Assembly: GCF_036588685.1 (NCBI RefSeq)
Contig: NC_086383.1
Coordinates: 12,400,001-12,464,000 of the forward strand
Reading direction: 5' to 3'
Origin: Mytilus trossulus
Taxonomy: Eukaryota
DNA length: 64,000 bases
The position numbers were made by a program, and so were the translations under genes. Below are positions 36,801 to 47,500 of this stretch, one piece after another. A model generated the notes under the pieces. It made no database searches, was not told the origin of the DNA, and saw only the letters and a program-made list of their open reading frames with translations. Positions within the stretch are counted from its first letter, which is position 1, and every line of letters begins with the position of its first letter.

Positions 36801-39800
36801 AATCTGCCATAGATTTGAGGTGCTTGGCGTTTGTAACGTCACATTTGCCATAGATTAGGAATCTGCCATAGATTTGGAACCCGCCAAAGATTTGAGTCTT
36901 ACATTTATATTTTAAGTTTCACAATAGATCCGGGACAAACAAAATTGTCAAACTTCAATTTATTACTTGTTGTTCTTAATCGTATGATTAATGAAAAGTT
37001 TGCCATTATCATAGACAAATAGTACGACAATTACGGAATCGTTGGAAATTTTAAGAGTGAATTAATATATGTTGATTATCAATCTATAGCATGCATGTTA
37101 TGTTCAATAAATCTTTTCTGGCTTTCCTTCCAATTTTTGATACTATAGAGTCATAACTTTGTTAACTGTTGCCTCTAAGTAAGGTTTATTGTTTTGAATT
37201 ATTGTAGAATTGTAAATACTAAAAGTAATTAAATTTTTTAAACCTTGGCATTATTCCAATTTGCGCTCGCAATGCTGCTAAAAAAATAACAACTATTTTC
37301 ATTCATCTTCCAACCAGAGGGACATGAAGGTCGACCTGTAAAAAAATGATCAACTAAGAATAAAGAAAGAAAACAAACGAGATTATCAACGGATTGAAAT
37401 AAGAGGAAGTCTTTATCAACAAAATGAGTCCACTAACAACAAATATCAGATGATATTCTAAGTATGAATAAGCTTATCAAGAACGGTGAAATCTTCATTA
37501 ATGTAACCGTATTTAGAAGAAAAACCAGACAGATATCACAAAGCTACTTTGTGTTAAACGCAATGATTTCGTTATACTCTATGTTAGTAAATTTATTTGT
37601 GGTCATTTGTGGAACGTTGTTAGGTTCAATATTTCACCAGAGCATATCAGATCTTTGATTCGTTTGATTAAGATTTTGTACTCTTTCGGGACAAAAAAGG
37701 CTAGCGGCCTATCATAAAAAAAAGTGTTGTATCCACATAGCATGTTTTAAACGCCCTTGCAGTAAAGCTACACATTTTTTTTAATGCTTGTGTGAATTTT
37801 GTTCCATCATGAATTAAATAAAAACTTCTGTCGATTAATATAGTAATCAAATATTTCAACGAAACAAACTTTGACATCGGTTTCCACTGTATCCAGTTGA
37901 ACAGGAACAAACAAAACTACTTGTAGTTGGTGTGCACCTTCCCCCATTCAAGCAAGGTGAACTATGGCATGGTGTGACTACAATATTAAATAACAGAATT
38001 TAGGTGCAAGGATTATATAAAGATATTAATATAGATTTGAAGTGTTGCTACCTTTACTTTTTGATAAATTTTTACACAGTATATCAAATAATTATGCAGT
38101 TTTCTGATAGACATTCCTAAGTAGTGTAAACTTCCCTAGCATGTAAACATAACGATTGTCACACAACTAGTTTTTGTTATTAAAAAATATGTTGTTATCA
38201 CTGTAATGAAAGTTGTTGTAGTATTTATTTGTTTTACAATTTTTGTTTAAAGAAGTTTATATTTTTCTGACTTTTGTCGATTTTCGTTTGGTATTTCCGC
38301 CTGAGTATCCTGGTTTCTTTCTTCGTTTGGTTAATCATTTATAAATGTCTTTCACATGAAACTTATTAATAGTTCAGCATTTACGTACCGCTTGTAACTT
38401 CTTCCGATTGTTGTTTAAGAAACTAATGAAATGATTTTTTTATTAACAAAAACAAACTGTATGTATTATGCCATAATAAATTTGATAAACCTCAAATTTA
38501 ACCTATATAATAATCATACACACTTTGACATTGTTTTCCATTATATCCAGTTGGACAGAAACAAACAAAACTACTACCAGTGGGCTTGCATGTTCCCCTA
38601 TTTAAACAAGGTGAACTGTGGCATGGCGTTCCTAAAAAAATAGAATAATATCATTGGAGTGCAATCATTAGATTAAAATCCTAGAATATATTGTTATTAG
38701 ATGTGTTGGTTGCTTGACTTCTTAGCACCTTTTGAAAAGAAACAATTTTAAAGAAATATTTGCAGTGACCATGTTCTAAGGTCGACACACCAAGGTATAT
38801 TACGTCATGGTTTCCTCGAGAAAAATATGTACTTTTCATTTTGATATATACATTATATGATCAATATACAAGAATGTACTTTTTATGATGCAAACTTCTC
38901 TCTTAATGCCTATTAACTTTAATAAAAAAAAAATGAAATCTGTATTTTTCAATCCGATTGCAATGATGATCTTGATATACATGTAAATTTAAACGTAATC
39001 CACCTTGACATTGGCTTCCAAAGTATCCAGTTGGACAGGAACAAACAAAACTACTTCCGGTTGGTGTACATTCTCCCCCATTCGAACAAGGTGAACTGTG
39101 GCATGGTGTTACTAAGAAAAGAAAAGAAAATTATTTGAGTTCAATCAATGTCCATTGAATTATCTAGATAAGAATTTCTACCACATTGACTGTAATTTTC
39201 AAATTGTTGATATGAACAAGCTATTAGCGCAAGTGATAATTTCCTGTATGTTTTTCGTCATCACGACATTATCAGTAAAACAAATCAATGACAATATTTC
39301 CAAGTTTGCAGTGAGAAAAAAAATGGCGATAATGTAAGTCTTTACATTTAGCAGTCCACGTTTAACTCACATCATGCTAAAGTGGATACAAATGATTTTA
39401 ATTGTTTTATTTTCATACATATAAAACTATTACATCGACTTGTCAAAAATCCCCAGTTCGTCTTACGTAATAACTTGGTGAAATATTCTTTCTACAACGA
39501 TTTTTTTTCTGTTTTATTATGTTTTCAAATTCTGCTTTTTAACGATTTTTTTTCTTTTGGCCTATGTTTTCTTTCAATAGTCATCTTCCGTGTGCGAAAA
39601 AACAATATGCTGTTCTGATGTACCCCCATTTGAATTCTTCTTTTTTTAATACTTATACGAGTCACACTTTATCTATGTAAATCAAGGCTGCTTCTTTTAG
39701 TTTTTAATTTACAATTATTCATTTGAGGTAGCTGAGGTTTCTTCCTCCAACTTGGAATTTGAAAAAGCAGAGGCAATCGGTCTAGATTTTTAATAAAATG

Positions 39801-42800
39801 TGCGATTGTCGAGAGTACTATGTTACTGTAAACCAACTAAATTTCGCGTGCGATTTATTTTGGCGACTTTCGCGAGTAGAAAAATAACGCGAAATTAAAT
39901 CATCGCGAAAAGGAATAACTTGGATCTTTCCCTATCAAACTACATTAAGTAATTAAGAAAATCGCGAAATTAAATCGCCGCGAAGTTGACTAGCTGGGTA
40001 TAAACGCGAAATTAAGTACCCGCGAAAATAAGTTGGTTTACAGTATTCATATGTTAGACATGCCAGGTTGATATAAAACAGTGTGTGTTTTATCCTATCT
40101 ACAGCTGTATTTTACCAAAAAAAGAAAGTTTTTGTTTCTTTCAGTCTGACAATAGCTATTTTTATATATTGACCCAAGTCTCAATAGATCTATGGTTGGG
40201 TTGTTGTCTCTCTGACACATTTCCCATTTCCAATCTCAATTTTAAATTTCTTTTCTATCGATATTGGATATTATCGAACCAAATACTTAAATGTTACACT
40301 TCTTGTAAAATCAATAAACCATAAGTTTGTCGAACGTTATATTTATCTGTGTTGTTTGTGACCCTGACTTTTGCCATATGGATTCCAATCTCACATAGGA
40401 TCTTTCCTTTTCATTTTGACATTATCATTACAGGTTTCATAAATGTTTCTATATGCATTTAGATGTTTATCAAGAGAACGAAATTTAAACACCTGGACAA
40501 CCAGACCTCCAGCCATTAAACAAAGGGAGAAATTCGTCGATTATCTACTAACAAAGTTACTAACCTTCACATCTGGATCCATTGTATCCATCAGTACAAA
40601 CACAGATAGTTAAATTCCTAAGTTCATTGCAAGTTCCATTGTAGAAGCAAGGTTCTCTAGAACACGGTGTTTCTAAAATCAAAAACTGAATTATAATCCT
40701 GGTTACTATTTTACACCACTGGGTCGATGCCACTGCTGGTGGACATTTCGTCCCCGAGGGTATTACCAGCCCAGTAGTCAACACGTCGGTGTTGACATGA
40801 GTATCAATAATGTGGTCATTTTATACAAATGTCCTGTTTACAAAACTTTGAATTTTCGAAAAATTAAGGATTTTCTTATCCTAGGCATAGATTACCGTAG
40901 CCATATTTGGCACAACTTTTTTGGAATTTTGGATTCTAAATGCTCTTCAACTTTTTACTTGTTTGGCTTAATAAATATTTTGATATGAGCGTCACTGATG
41001 AGTCTTATGTAGACGAAAAGCGCGTCTGGTGTACTAACTATTTTATCACGAAATAACTGAATGATATTTTTTCAGGGGCACGGTAGTATTTCCTGGGCCA
41101 TAAGGGATAATGATAGCCTTTTTAGAATTTTAATCACTGTCGAACATTGCAAAAAAAATCTACATCAACATAAAATTTTAGTACTTTCATTATACTATTC
41201 ATGAATGAATTTGAATATGTATCATGACCGTTTTTTTTTTAATCTTCAAAATCCTAAGGCCACTTGTGCTTTAAGGTCTTTTATCATGCAGTGAATACAA
41301 ATTTGAAAAATTGTAATAATTCATTTTCACCCGTATGTTAAATTATTTCATATTTTTCTACACCTGATTACTCAGTTTTCTGGAAAGTATGTTCAGTTGA
41401 TACTGTATTTTTTGTCCAATCACACTGTTCAGTTACCTTGAATTAATTAGGGTACACATAAGAGCAACTTGTAATCAGGAATGCAAACACTACCATGCTA
41501 CCTTCAATTCAATTCATAGCATTCGTAATAATAATATTTACGTTATATTTTCCGTACTAAATACGAAGAACCGTTATTATTTCGGAAAATGTTTCAATTA
41601 CCTTAGGGTAATCAATCAACACTGTTTGTGTTTTATTTAGTTAAATATATGCTTAGTTTTCATGGTTCAAATAAGATTTATATTTTTCGAACAAAACTTC
41701 CAAAGCATGTTTTCTTAGATTCTATAAATCATGATATTTCGTTGCTGGACAAAAAATAATGCAAAAGTTATACACTTTTTCAAAATTAATATTTTTTACT
41801 GTTTTTTCGTCACAGAAACTATCTGAGTCAAAGAATGTTGTATGCTCTACAAGGAAGAAGAAAAGTATTGCGTGCCAGCTTATGAAATAGTTATTTACAC
41901 GTTAGATTTTCTGCGTTTGCAATTCGGATAAAGTTTATCACTATGTTTCCTACTTAAAAGAACATTTAAAGGAGGGGTGAAAGATTCAAAAGGGACAGTC
42001 AATTTAACAAGATTAGGGCAACACTAGAATATTTAAAAGTTATAGATGTATAGAGAGAAAACGAATCCGGGAACAAACTTAAACCGATGGAAACATTACA
42101 ACTATTAGAGTAAAATATCGTTACAACAGAAACATTGAAGTGCCAAAAAACTATAACATAAACGACAAAAACGATATACATAGAAACGGAGTATTTGATA
42201 ACTACGCCACACATAAAGATGTATTTTTATAATGTATATAAAGTCTTGAAATTTATACAATTGTTTGAAACGAGATCGTTAATTTAAAATTTATTTTCAC
42301 AATACTTCTCCAAATAATTATCATCAGAATGAATGTATTGAAAGGCCATTTTAAAATAATGCTGTGACGACTTCATCATTATTTAGACTAATACAATACT
42401 CTATTTATTGAAAAAAAAATTGACTGTAGTGACTAATAAGACATCTGTGAAACATACAGAAAATATATAATTGAAACCACAAACGATAAGACAAAACACA
42501 ATATCAAACCCAACCCACAATAGAAACATCGTTTCTAAAAACAAAAATATTAATATATAAGTCACTGATAGTAGTATACAGACATTTCCTAAATTCATGT
42601 TGATATATTAATTAGATAATTTGTTAACATTACATACTTAAAAACAAAAATATATATTACTATATGATTATGCAAGTAGATGAAAAGAAATCAGTAGCAG
42701 TGTGTTAAAATGTAAAATAAATTCTGCACTAAAGAAACGTTTAGCTATAGTTATAGTTTACATGTTTAATAACAATGTAGATGTATGTGTTTTAATTTCA

Positions 42801-44453
42801 ATTACTCTCGGGTTTTTTTTTAATTCACTTTCTACGTATCGCGCACGCATACATCATTTAAAGTTAACTTGACACAGTGTTCATAAGGGTTTCAAAAATA
42901 GTCTCGGCTAAATGGTGGTTCAAGGTATAAACAAGGAAAGAAATTATAACAAACCAATCACAAATATATGTTAATAAGCAAATCATTAATTTAAAAGAAT
43001 CATTTCCACGAAACCCATAGTTGATTAAAATGCTAGTTTTATACCACATGTTTGTGAATTTTATAGTCAACAAGTCGCCCCGTCCATAATTAAAAAATTT
43101 TGTAACAATGTACATTAGAAAACACTACTTCATCCTTTTGAATGATTTTATCAAATATGTCAATCGTTGTTAACCATAATTTACGTTTAAAACAACCATA
43201 ACAACAGGATACACTTTAGTTTTCCTAGAATTGACAAAGCGATGGATGTAAAAAAAAAAAGTCAATTTATCTTTCGGCTGTATTTATGGTTCATGATTAA
43301 ATCCTGTATTTTGTTAAACATTAAGATTCGTGATTTGTCTTCCGAGCCAATGTAGTGATACAGCTATAAGTATATGGTTATATCACTGTATACTTTATAT
43401 AAGGAGAGACATTTATTTATTCTGTACAATATAAATACAATTAAGTCACCGGTAGTTTGTCTATTTATATTATATTGTAAAACTATATATATATATATAT
43501 AATTCAAGTAGAAATCGTTCTGCTCAGAAAGACTTAATTTTGTTTAATTGTGTAATAAATAATGTAAAATTTGAGAAACATGAAATCAGAACATTGTGTT
43601 CGGAAGACGTATTTTACTGCCGACTGTATATTGTGAATAGTTACTTCAAAGAGTTTTAGGGTGTATAAAAAGAAAACGAATCAGTATAGATTGAGCAATC
43701 AAGTAAATTTTATTTATTTTTAAGTAATGCAGTTTTTTTCTTTTAATTTATGATTTTTAAGGAAGACTTATTTCTAATTGTAATGCCTTGTAAGAGTACA
43801 AAAGGGAGGTTATAGATGGTTATGGGAATACATTTCTCTAAAGATTTATAAAATATGAATGTAAGTAAAGAATGAGTAGAAAAAATATGTCATCAAAATC
43901 GATAAATACTTTGAGCCTGAGTATTTTGCTTTTCGTGATCCAGCGAGTTGTTTTTCAGTAACAAAAACACAGTCACTCCGGCTATGACAACCGCCAAAAG
44001 AACCGAAAATATAAAACAAGCCAAACATTTTCTTCGCCGGCCTTTGAAAGTAAAACGTTTGTTACAACATCTGGTCAAATGTGTTGAAGCACAATGAGTA
44101 GGGTTCAGTTCTTTGACATCTATATTCTCATATACATCAGAATTACAAGACGTCTGGGGTTGTATTTCTGTATAATAATCATCTTGTTCCACTTTCGCTG
44201 TCTTATTGTCCAAACTAGTAAATCTTTCAGAAGTTTGAATGAGCTCCTTTGTACAATCGCTTTGTTCTATTCGTCCCCTGGTGGTGTTTTTATAAGTGTT
44301 GTTCGCATTTTGATCGTTTTGCAAGATATCATAATTGCTCTTCGATATTACCAAGTTATCTGGCAACAAAGGTTCATACGTTTGGCTTTTATCAACAATT
44401 GTTTCTGATGAACAGATATTCCCATCGAGAATAGAGCATATTTTGGCCATCAT
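24606..44453 (-). CDS. Type II membrane receptor, copy 2: Tyr-motif tail, TM, 4 EGF, C-type lectin (EPN/WND), 471 aa
   Basis: Exons 44453-43910, 40672-40565, 39111-39004, 38631-38524, 37977-37870, 37335-37244, 26508-26415 and 24859-24606. All introns are GT-AG with compatible phases (1,1,1,1,1,0,1); total 1416 nt, open to TAA. Confidence 0.88.
26415..26508 (-). CDS. C-type lectin domain exon 2
   Basis: ttccag|SYCQQRSSMLAEVTTTSEMTFLRTNANRYGK|gtatgt; 94 nt, phase 0-1. Confidence 0.85.
26626..27594 (+). mobile_element. Penelope-like retroelement 3' fragment (RT/thumb plus 3' UTR), degenerate
   Basis: GIPMG..CAP, YIDD and KLYDKRDEFSFPTVNFPFL motifs with frameshifts; the same 3' tail recurs many times in the window. 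Confidence 0.8.
28856..29458 (+). repeat. 5' LTR
   Basis: TGTAAT...GTAACA; direct repeat of 34340-34942. Confidence 0.95.
29464..29480 (+). other. Primer binding site, tRNA-Pro type
   Basis: TGGGGGCTCGTCCGGGA, matching the known tRNA-Pro PBS, 5 nt after the LTR. Confidence 0.85.
29549..34255 (+). CDS. Gag-Pol polyprotein (capsid/SCAN-like, CCHC knuckle, protease, integrase, RT, RNase H)
   Basis: 1568 aa with motifs in this order: CAYCKKNGHLMADC, LRDTGA, HHCC plus DCVG/SDQG/ERF, YIDD, VDAS...TDH. Confidence 0.96.
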   Translation: MAFDAGKFLKTPDLESFDNLKKEELVLLAKQLKLAFKVSMRKQIIKNLVIDKLVDAEILGEEALELKVENVDAFKLKQLELEHELRLKELEMKERLEMDKQEKEKEDEFKLKQDELKLKQAELEMRERLEMEKLKIEMVKEESNTKVQPKSDYFDAAKNIRLVPKFCEKTVDKYFSQFEKIANNLKWPMPYWTTMLQSVFEGKAAEIYSALPSEKSSDYDTVKQEVLKAYELVPEAYRQKFRSYKKFDSQTYVEFAREKEDLFDKWLTSKKTNNNFDHLRQLMLLEEFKQCVHSELKTHLDDKTVESIHDAAVISDNYTLSHKRSFKGQNYNTSSGNYKNQSTERTDSKPVAQNKSQSSYNMSSQKFDTFEKKSLICAYCKKNGHLMADCFRLQKKNERDNKPKTSACTTPYITSTLECPARQAFKSSFCDYMEEYKPFMSDGFVSIVDDTTLQPIKILRDTGASQSLLLEGVLPLSEKTSVGVSVLLQGVELGCIDVPLHRIYLKSDLVTGPVVVGVRPNLPVEGVTLLLGNDLARNKVVAEPIVSSEPVVDAKSPEDDAELYPACVVTRAMARKQQDDNLKEDKFDYMDLSDTFIADIADPSKSEKAIIKPPSVNKNVIMPWPDVNSHSLDRKNLSEEQHKDPEVLQLSLRAQPQDEADKVAECYYHQDGILMRKWRPPDATPEEEWRVVYQVVVPKVYRQEIIGLAHDTPLAGHLGIRKTSLKILQHFYWPKLRNDVAEYCKSCHICQVVGKPNQKIPPAPLLPIPAFEEPFSRVLIDCVGPLPKTKTGNAYLLTIMCTSTRFPEAIPLRNIKTPTIVKALIKFFTLVGLPKSIQSDQGSNFMSGLFQQVVYQLGIAQYRSSAYHPESQGALERFHQTLKNMIRTFCLQFDRDLDDGVHFLLFAVREAVQESLGFSPFELVFGHTVRGPLKLIKEKWLTEHTDLNLLDYVSRFKEKLYTACQIAQKNLKNVQNKMKIWYDKDARDRVFEPGDKVLVFLPVPGHPLQAKYCGPYTIESKINDLNYIVKTPGRRKQNRVCHINMLKPYFERTNVLCDSKPVATLGMVKFENNHDKPDVIEPTFSCKSMEETVRLKNSEILSNLDSKLAHLSFDRREEIKTFVFSFKNLFPDVPNKTTAVCHDVDVGDASPIKQHPYRLNPLKLEVMRKEIKYMLDNNIIEPSNSEWSSPCLLVPKPDKTFRFVTDFRKVNLVSKSDSYPIPRIDDCIDNIGQAKFVSKFDLLKGYWQVPLTQRAREISAFVTPDGLFQYTVMPFGMKSAPATFQRMINNVIKDLDCCYAYIDDLIVCSDSWEQHLTHLYNTFDRLSKSNLTVNLGKSEFCQATVDYLGHTVGQGQVKPIMAKVEAISKFPPPTNRKQLMRYLGMIGFYRKFCSNFATVVQPLTHLLRKDSKFIWSENCQKAFENSKSLLINSPVLITPDFEKQFKLAVDASDVGIGAVLYQETDDNVEKPISYFSKKLDKHQKNYSTIEKECFAMLSALQHFDVYLNPTVYPILVYTDHNPLTFMHKMRNKNQRLTRWSLLLQEYDVIVKHIKGKDNVIADALSRAY
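34329..34339 (+). other. Polypurine tract
   Basis: AAGGGGGGAGG abutting the 3' LTR. Confidence 0.85.
34340..34942 (+). repeat. 3' LTR
   Basis: One mismatch to the 5' LTR seen by eye (29238 G vs 34722 A). Confidence 0.95.
35971..36904. mobile_element. Non-autonomous DNA transposon with long imperfect TIRs and subterminal AAATCTATGGC repeats
   Basis: ATGTAGGACTCAAATCTATGGTGGGTTCCAAATCTATGGCAGAT versus right-end reverse complement ATGTAAGACTCAAATCTTTGGCGGGTTCCAAATCTATGGCAGAT. Confidence 0.75.
37244..37335 (-). CDS. C-type lectin domain exon 1
   Basis: tttacag|RPSCPSGWKMNENSCYFFSSIASANWNNAK|gt; 92 nt, phase 1-0. Confidence 0.88.
37870..37977 (-). CDS. Copy 2 EGF exon 4
   Basis: [35 protein letters not shown], ag/gt boundaries. 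Confidence 0.85.
38524..38631 (-). CDS. Copy 2 EGF exon 3
   Basis: [35 protein letters not shown], ag/gt boundaries. Confidence 0.85.
39004..39111 (-). CDS. Copy 2 EGF exon 2
   Basis: [35 protein letters not shown], ag/gt boundaries. Confidence 0.85.
39826..40043. mobile_element. MITE with TA TSD (Tc1/mariner-type signature)
   Basis: TA|CTGTAAACCAACT...AGTTGGTTTACAG|TA; internal CGCGAAATTAA repeats. Confidence 0.85.
40565..40672 (-). CDS. Copy 2 EGF exon 1
   Basis: [35 protein letters not shown], ag/gt boundaries. Confidence 0.85.
40689..41037 (+). mobile_element. Retrozyme subfamily A near-monomer with hammerhead at 40989-41032
   Basis: Colinear with the 59542 element; one stem III substitution. 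Confidence 0.8.
43910..44453 (-). CDS. Copy 2 exon 1: tail (YEPL, YDIL, YTEI, YENI) plus TM
   Basis: RRRK precedes CLACFIFSVLLAVVIAGVTVFLLL; phase-1 donor A|gtattt. Confidence 0.88.
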
Positions 44454-44884
44454 ATACACGTATTATTCTCTTCCAATCTAAACTCTAACGTTTTTAATCA
44501 ATAAACATTTGATGTATATAACTATATTTCTTCAAACTATATTAAACACTCGGAAATTCACAAGTATTTTTCTCTTGAGACCGGAAATTTCATTCATTTC
44601 CCAAGATTTAGTATGATTAAAACAAATTTGTAATTCAATATGTAGCAATAAGTAAAAATTATCATTATATACTTGTATATTTAAATAATAATAAAATTTT
44701 CCTTTTGTTGCATAATGAAAGGCTTTTAAAGTGTATTTTATGCATTTGTCAAACAAGTAAGAGGTTTGAAATAGGAAAATTCAAAAAGCAAGGTCCCTAT
44801 AATCAAGTGGCAAAATTAAAAGCTCAACCACATAAAGAAAATAGATAACTGTCACATTCCTGACTATGTACAGGCATTTTCTTA

Positions 44885-45700
44885 TGTAGGAAATGGTGGA
44901 TTTAACCTGGTTTTATAGCTAGCCGAGGTTGGCAATGTATTTTTATGGTTACCAATCTGTTTTATCATCCTCCTCGCTATGTGTTATTTTACTTATTGTA
45001 ATGATTGTTCCATCAAGAGAGCTTGTGCCGTTCACCTTGGGTATCACCAGCCCAGTAGTCAGCACTTCGGAATATCATTTATATATAATTTTTGTAAATT
45101 TACTGTTTGCAAAAGTATGAATTATTCGAAATACTGAGGATTTTTTTACTCAAAGAGTCGATTCACAAAGCTGACCTCCGAGGAAAATTCAAAGCGGACA
45201 GTCCCTAATCAAATGGCAAAATCAAATGATAAATCACATCAAACGAATGGACAATACATGTCATATTCATAACTTGATAGGGCACTTTCAAATGTAGGAA
45301 ATCGTGGATTTAACCTGGTTTTATAGCTAGCCGAGGTTTGCAATGTATTTTTATGGTTACCAATCTGTTCTATCATCCTCCTCGCTATGTGTTATTTTAC
45401 TAATTGTAATGATTGTTCCATCAAGAGAGCTTGTGCCGTTCACCTTGGGTATCACCAGCCCAGTAGTCAGCACTTCGGAATATCATTTATATATAATTTT
45501 TGTAAATTTACTGTTTGCAAAAGTATGAATTATTCGAAATACTGAGGATTTTTTTACTCAAAGAGTCGATTCACAAAGCTGACCTCCGAGGAAAATTCAA
45601 AGCGGACAGTCCCTAATCAAATGGCAAAATCAAATGATAAATCACATCAAACGAATGGACAATAAATGTCATATTCATGACTTGGTAGGGCACTTTCAAA
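44885..45700. repeat. 408-bp tandem duplication bounded by SINE-like repeat copies
   Basis: atgtatttttatggttacc occurs at 44935 and 45343; units are near-identical. Confidence 0.85.
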
Positions 45701-45763
45701 TGTAGAAAATGGTGAATTGAATCTGGTTTTATAGTGCAGTATGACAGTCTGATTCAAGTCGCA

Positions 45764-45950
45764 TCCAAGTCATAGATTATCTTAGCCGTAATTGGCTCAA
45801 CTTCTTGAAAAAAATTAGGCCCTCAATGCTCTTCAACTTTGGACTTGTTTGGCTTTCTAAATATTTTGATCTGAGCGTCACTGATGAGTCTTATGTAGAC
45901 GAAACGCGGGTCTGACGTTTTAAATTATAAGCCTGGTACCTTTGATAACC
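45764..45950 (+). mobile_element. Retrozyme subfamily A fragment with hammerhead at 45875-45918
   Basis: GCGTCA-CTGATGA-GTCT tatgt AGAC-GAAA-CGCGGGTC-TGACGT. Confidence 0.78.
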
Positions 45951-46099
45951 ATGGGTTTATGTGCATATGCAACAAAGGACACTCTTCAGCATTGTAGACA
46001 AGAATAGAGTTTATGACAAAATTCTCTGTTTTTGTTCATCTTGTATTGATGATCCTTTGGTCTGTTCTCTCTATCTTCTAACGTTTTTTTCATAAAACA

Positions 46100-47500
46100 C
46101 AAAAAAGGGTTTGCACACGTCATAAGATAAGTCTACCAGGTGCTAATGTGTTTGAGAGTTGGAGCCAAGAATGTCCCGAAGATCGTTAAGACTGTTACGG
46201 AGAAGATGACTGGTATGACCCCGTCACGACTACCTTAATCGACATTTGTTGTTGGAGATAAAAGGCGTAGGTATCGTTTATTTGAAGCAGAAGGTAATAT
46301 AGCTGTAGGGTCTGATAGCACCACTAAATTGCTTGCATCATTATCGTGCAATTTCAATTTCTCTATCAGGTGAAACCATGTGCATGGTAATGCATGATAA
46401 GGCATTTGGGGATGCAGAAGCGTATCGAAACCTCTTTCTAAATTATTAACATCTATTTTATCAGTAATCAAAGACGGGCTTCAAAGTTATTGTGAAACTG
46501 CCTATTCTAGAGGTGGCATGAATCTTATGTGGATACTTAAAAATTCCAAAGAGATCTATTAGAGTATATACAATCTAACTATCTTTCATCTTGCAATAGA
46601 ATAAAACATTTGACTTTCTACGCTTTACACAACTATTCCACATTCCAAACTAAAAGACAAATTGAAACAGTTGGTACCACTTTGTTTCATTTAAAAGAAT
46701 AGCCAACGTAGATACAAGTATCTTGTTTTAGGGAGGGATACATCCTTCTTTGTAAAAGATCACTCTGATTAAAACAAAAAATCTCTGATTTGTATTAACA
46801 TGAGCAACACGATGGGTGCCACATGTTAAGCATGATCTGCTTAACCTTCCGGAGCACCTGAGATCACCTCTAGTTTTTGGTGGGGTTCGTGTTGCTCATT
46901 CTTTAGTTTTCTATGTTGTGTCATGTATACTATTGTTTGTCTGTTTGACTTTTTTCATTTTTAGCCATGGGGTACGTTGTCAGTTTATTTTCTATTTATG
47001 AGTTTGACTGTCACTCTGGTATCTTTCATTCCTCTTTACTGGAGGGTATCATTCTTGAGATGATAGTCGATGCCAATGACCAGGTAAGATAGGTATACTA
47101 GAAAGTTAACGACCAGGCCAGTGTCAACAGGAAGTTCGTTACCTTATTATCAGAATGGAGAGAGAAAGCCTAACCATCACATGTCGTTGGAAGCTGGGAC
47201 TCCCTCAATTCAATACAGAGAGAGCGGTATGTTACCATTACTTACTTCTTGAGTGGTCATCATTATTGAGAAGGTCTGTCAGAGCAGGCCAACTAGACTT
47301 TTACTTTGCGGGAAAACTGGTTCACTCTGATGAGAAGGTTTAAGCCCATACCCTACCAGTAAGAAACAGTATACTAGGTGAACCAGGTACAACCAACGAG
47401 ACTGGTATGTACAGTATGTAAGCCAGTGTAGGATCGTGGATATGAAAAGCAGGGTAGTTCTAGGTTTTTTTACAGACTCAAGTACAGGGAAAGGAAGTGT
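46100..47500 (+). mobile_element. Possible degenerate DNA transposase relic interrupted by a Penelope-like copy
   Basis: Stop-riddled coding-like stretches VYQVLMCLRVGAKNVPKIVKTVTEKMTGMTPSRLP and LLSEWREKA*PSHVVGSWDSL; family not identified. Confidence 0.3.
46425..47038 (+). mobile_element. Internally deleted Penelope-like element (RT N-terminal part fused to 3' tail)
   Basis: KPLSKLLTSIL..MWILKNSK..TFDF/LYTTIPH with frameshifts, followed by the shared 3' tail. Confidence 0.75.
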
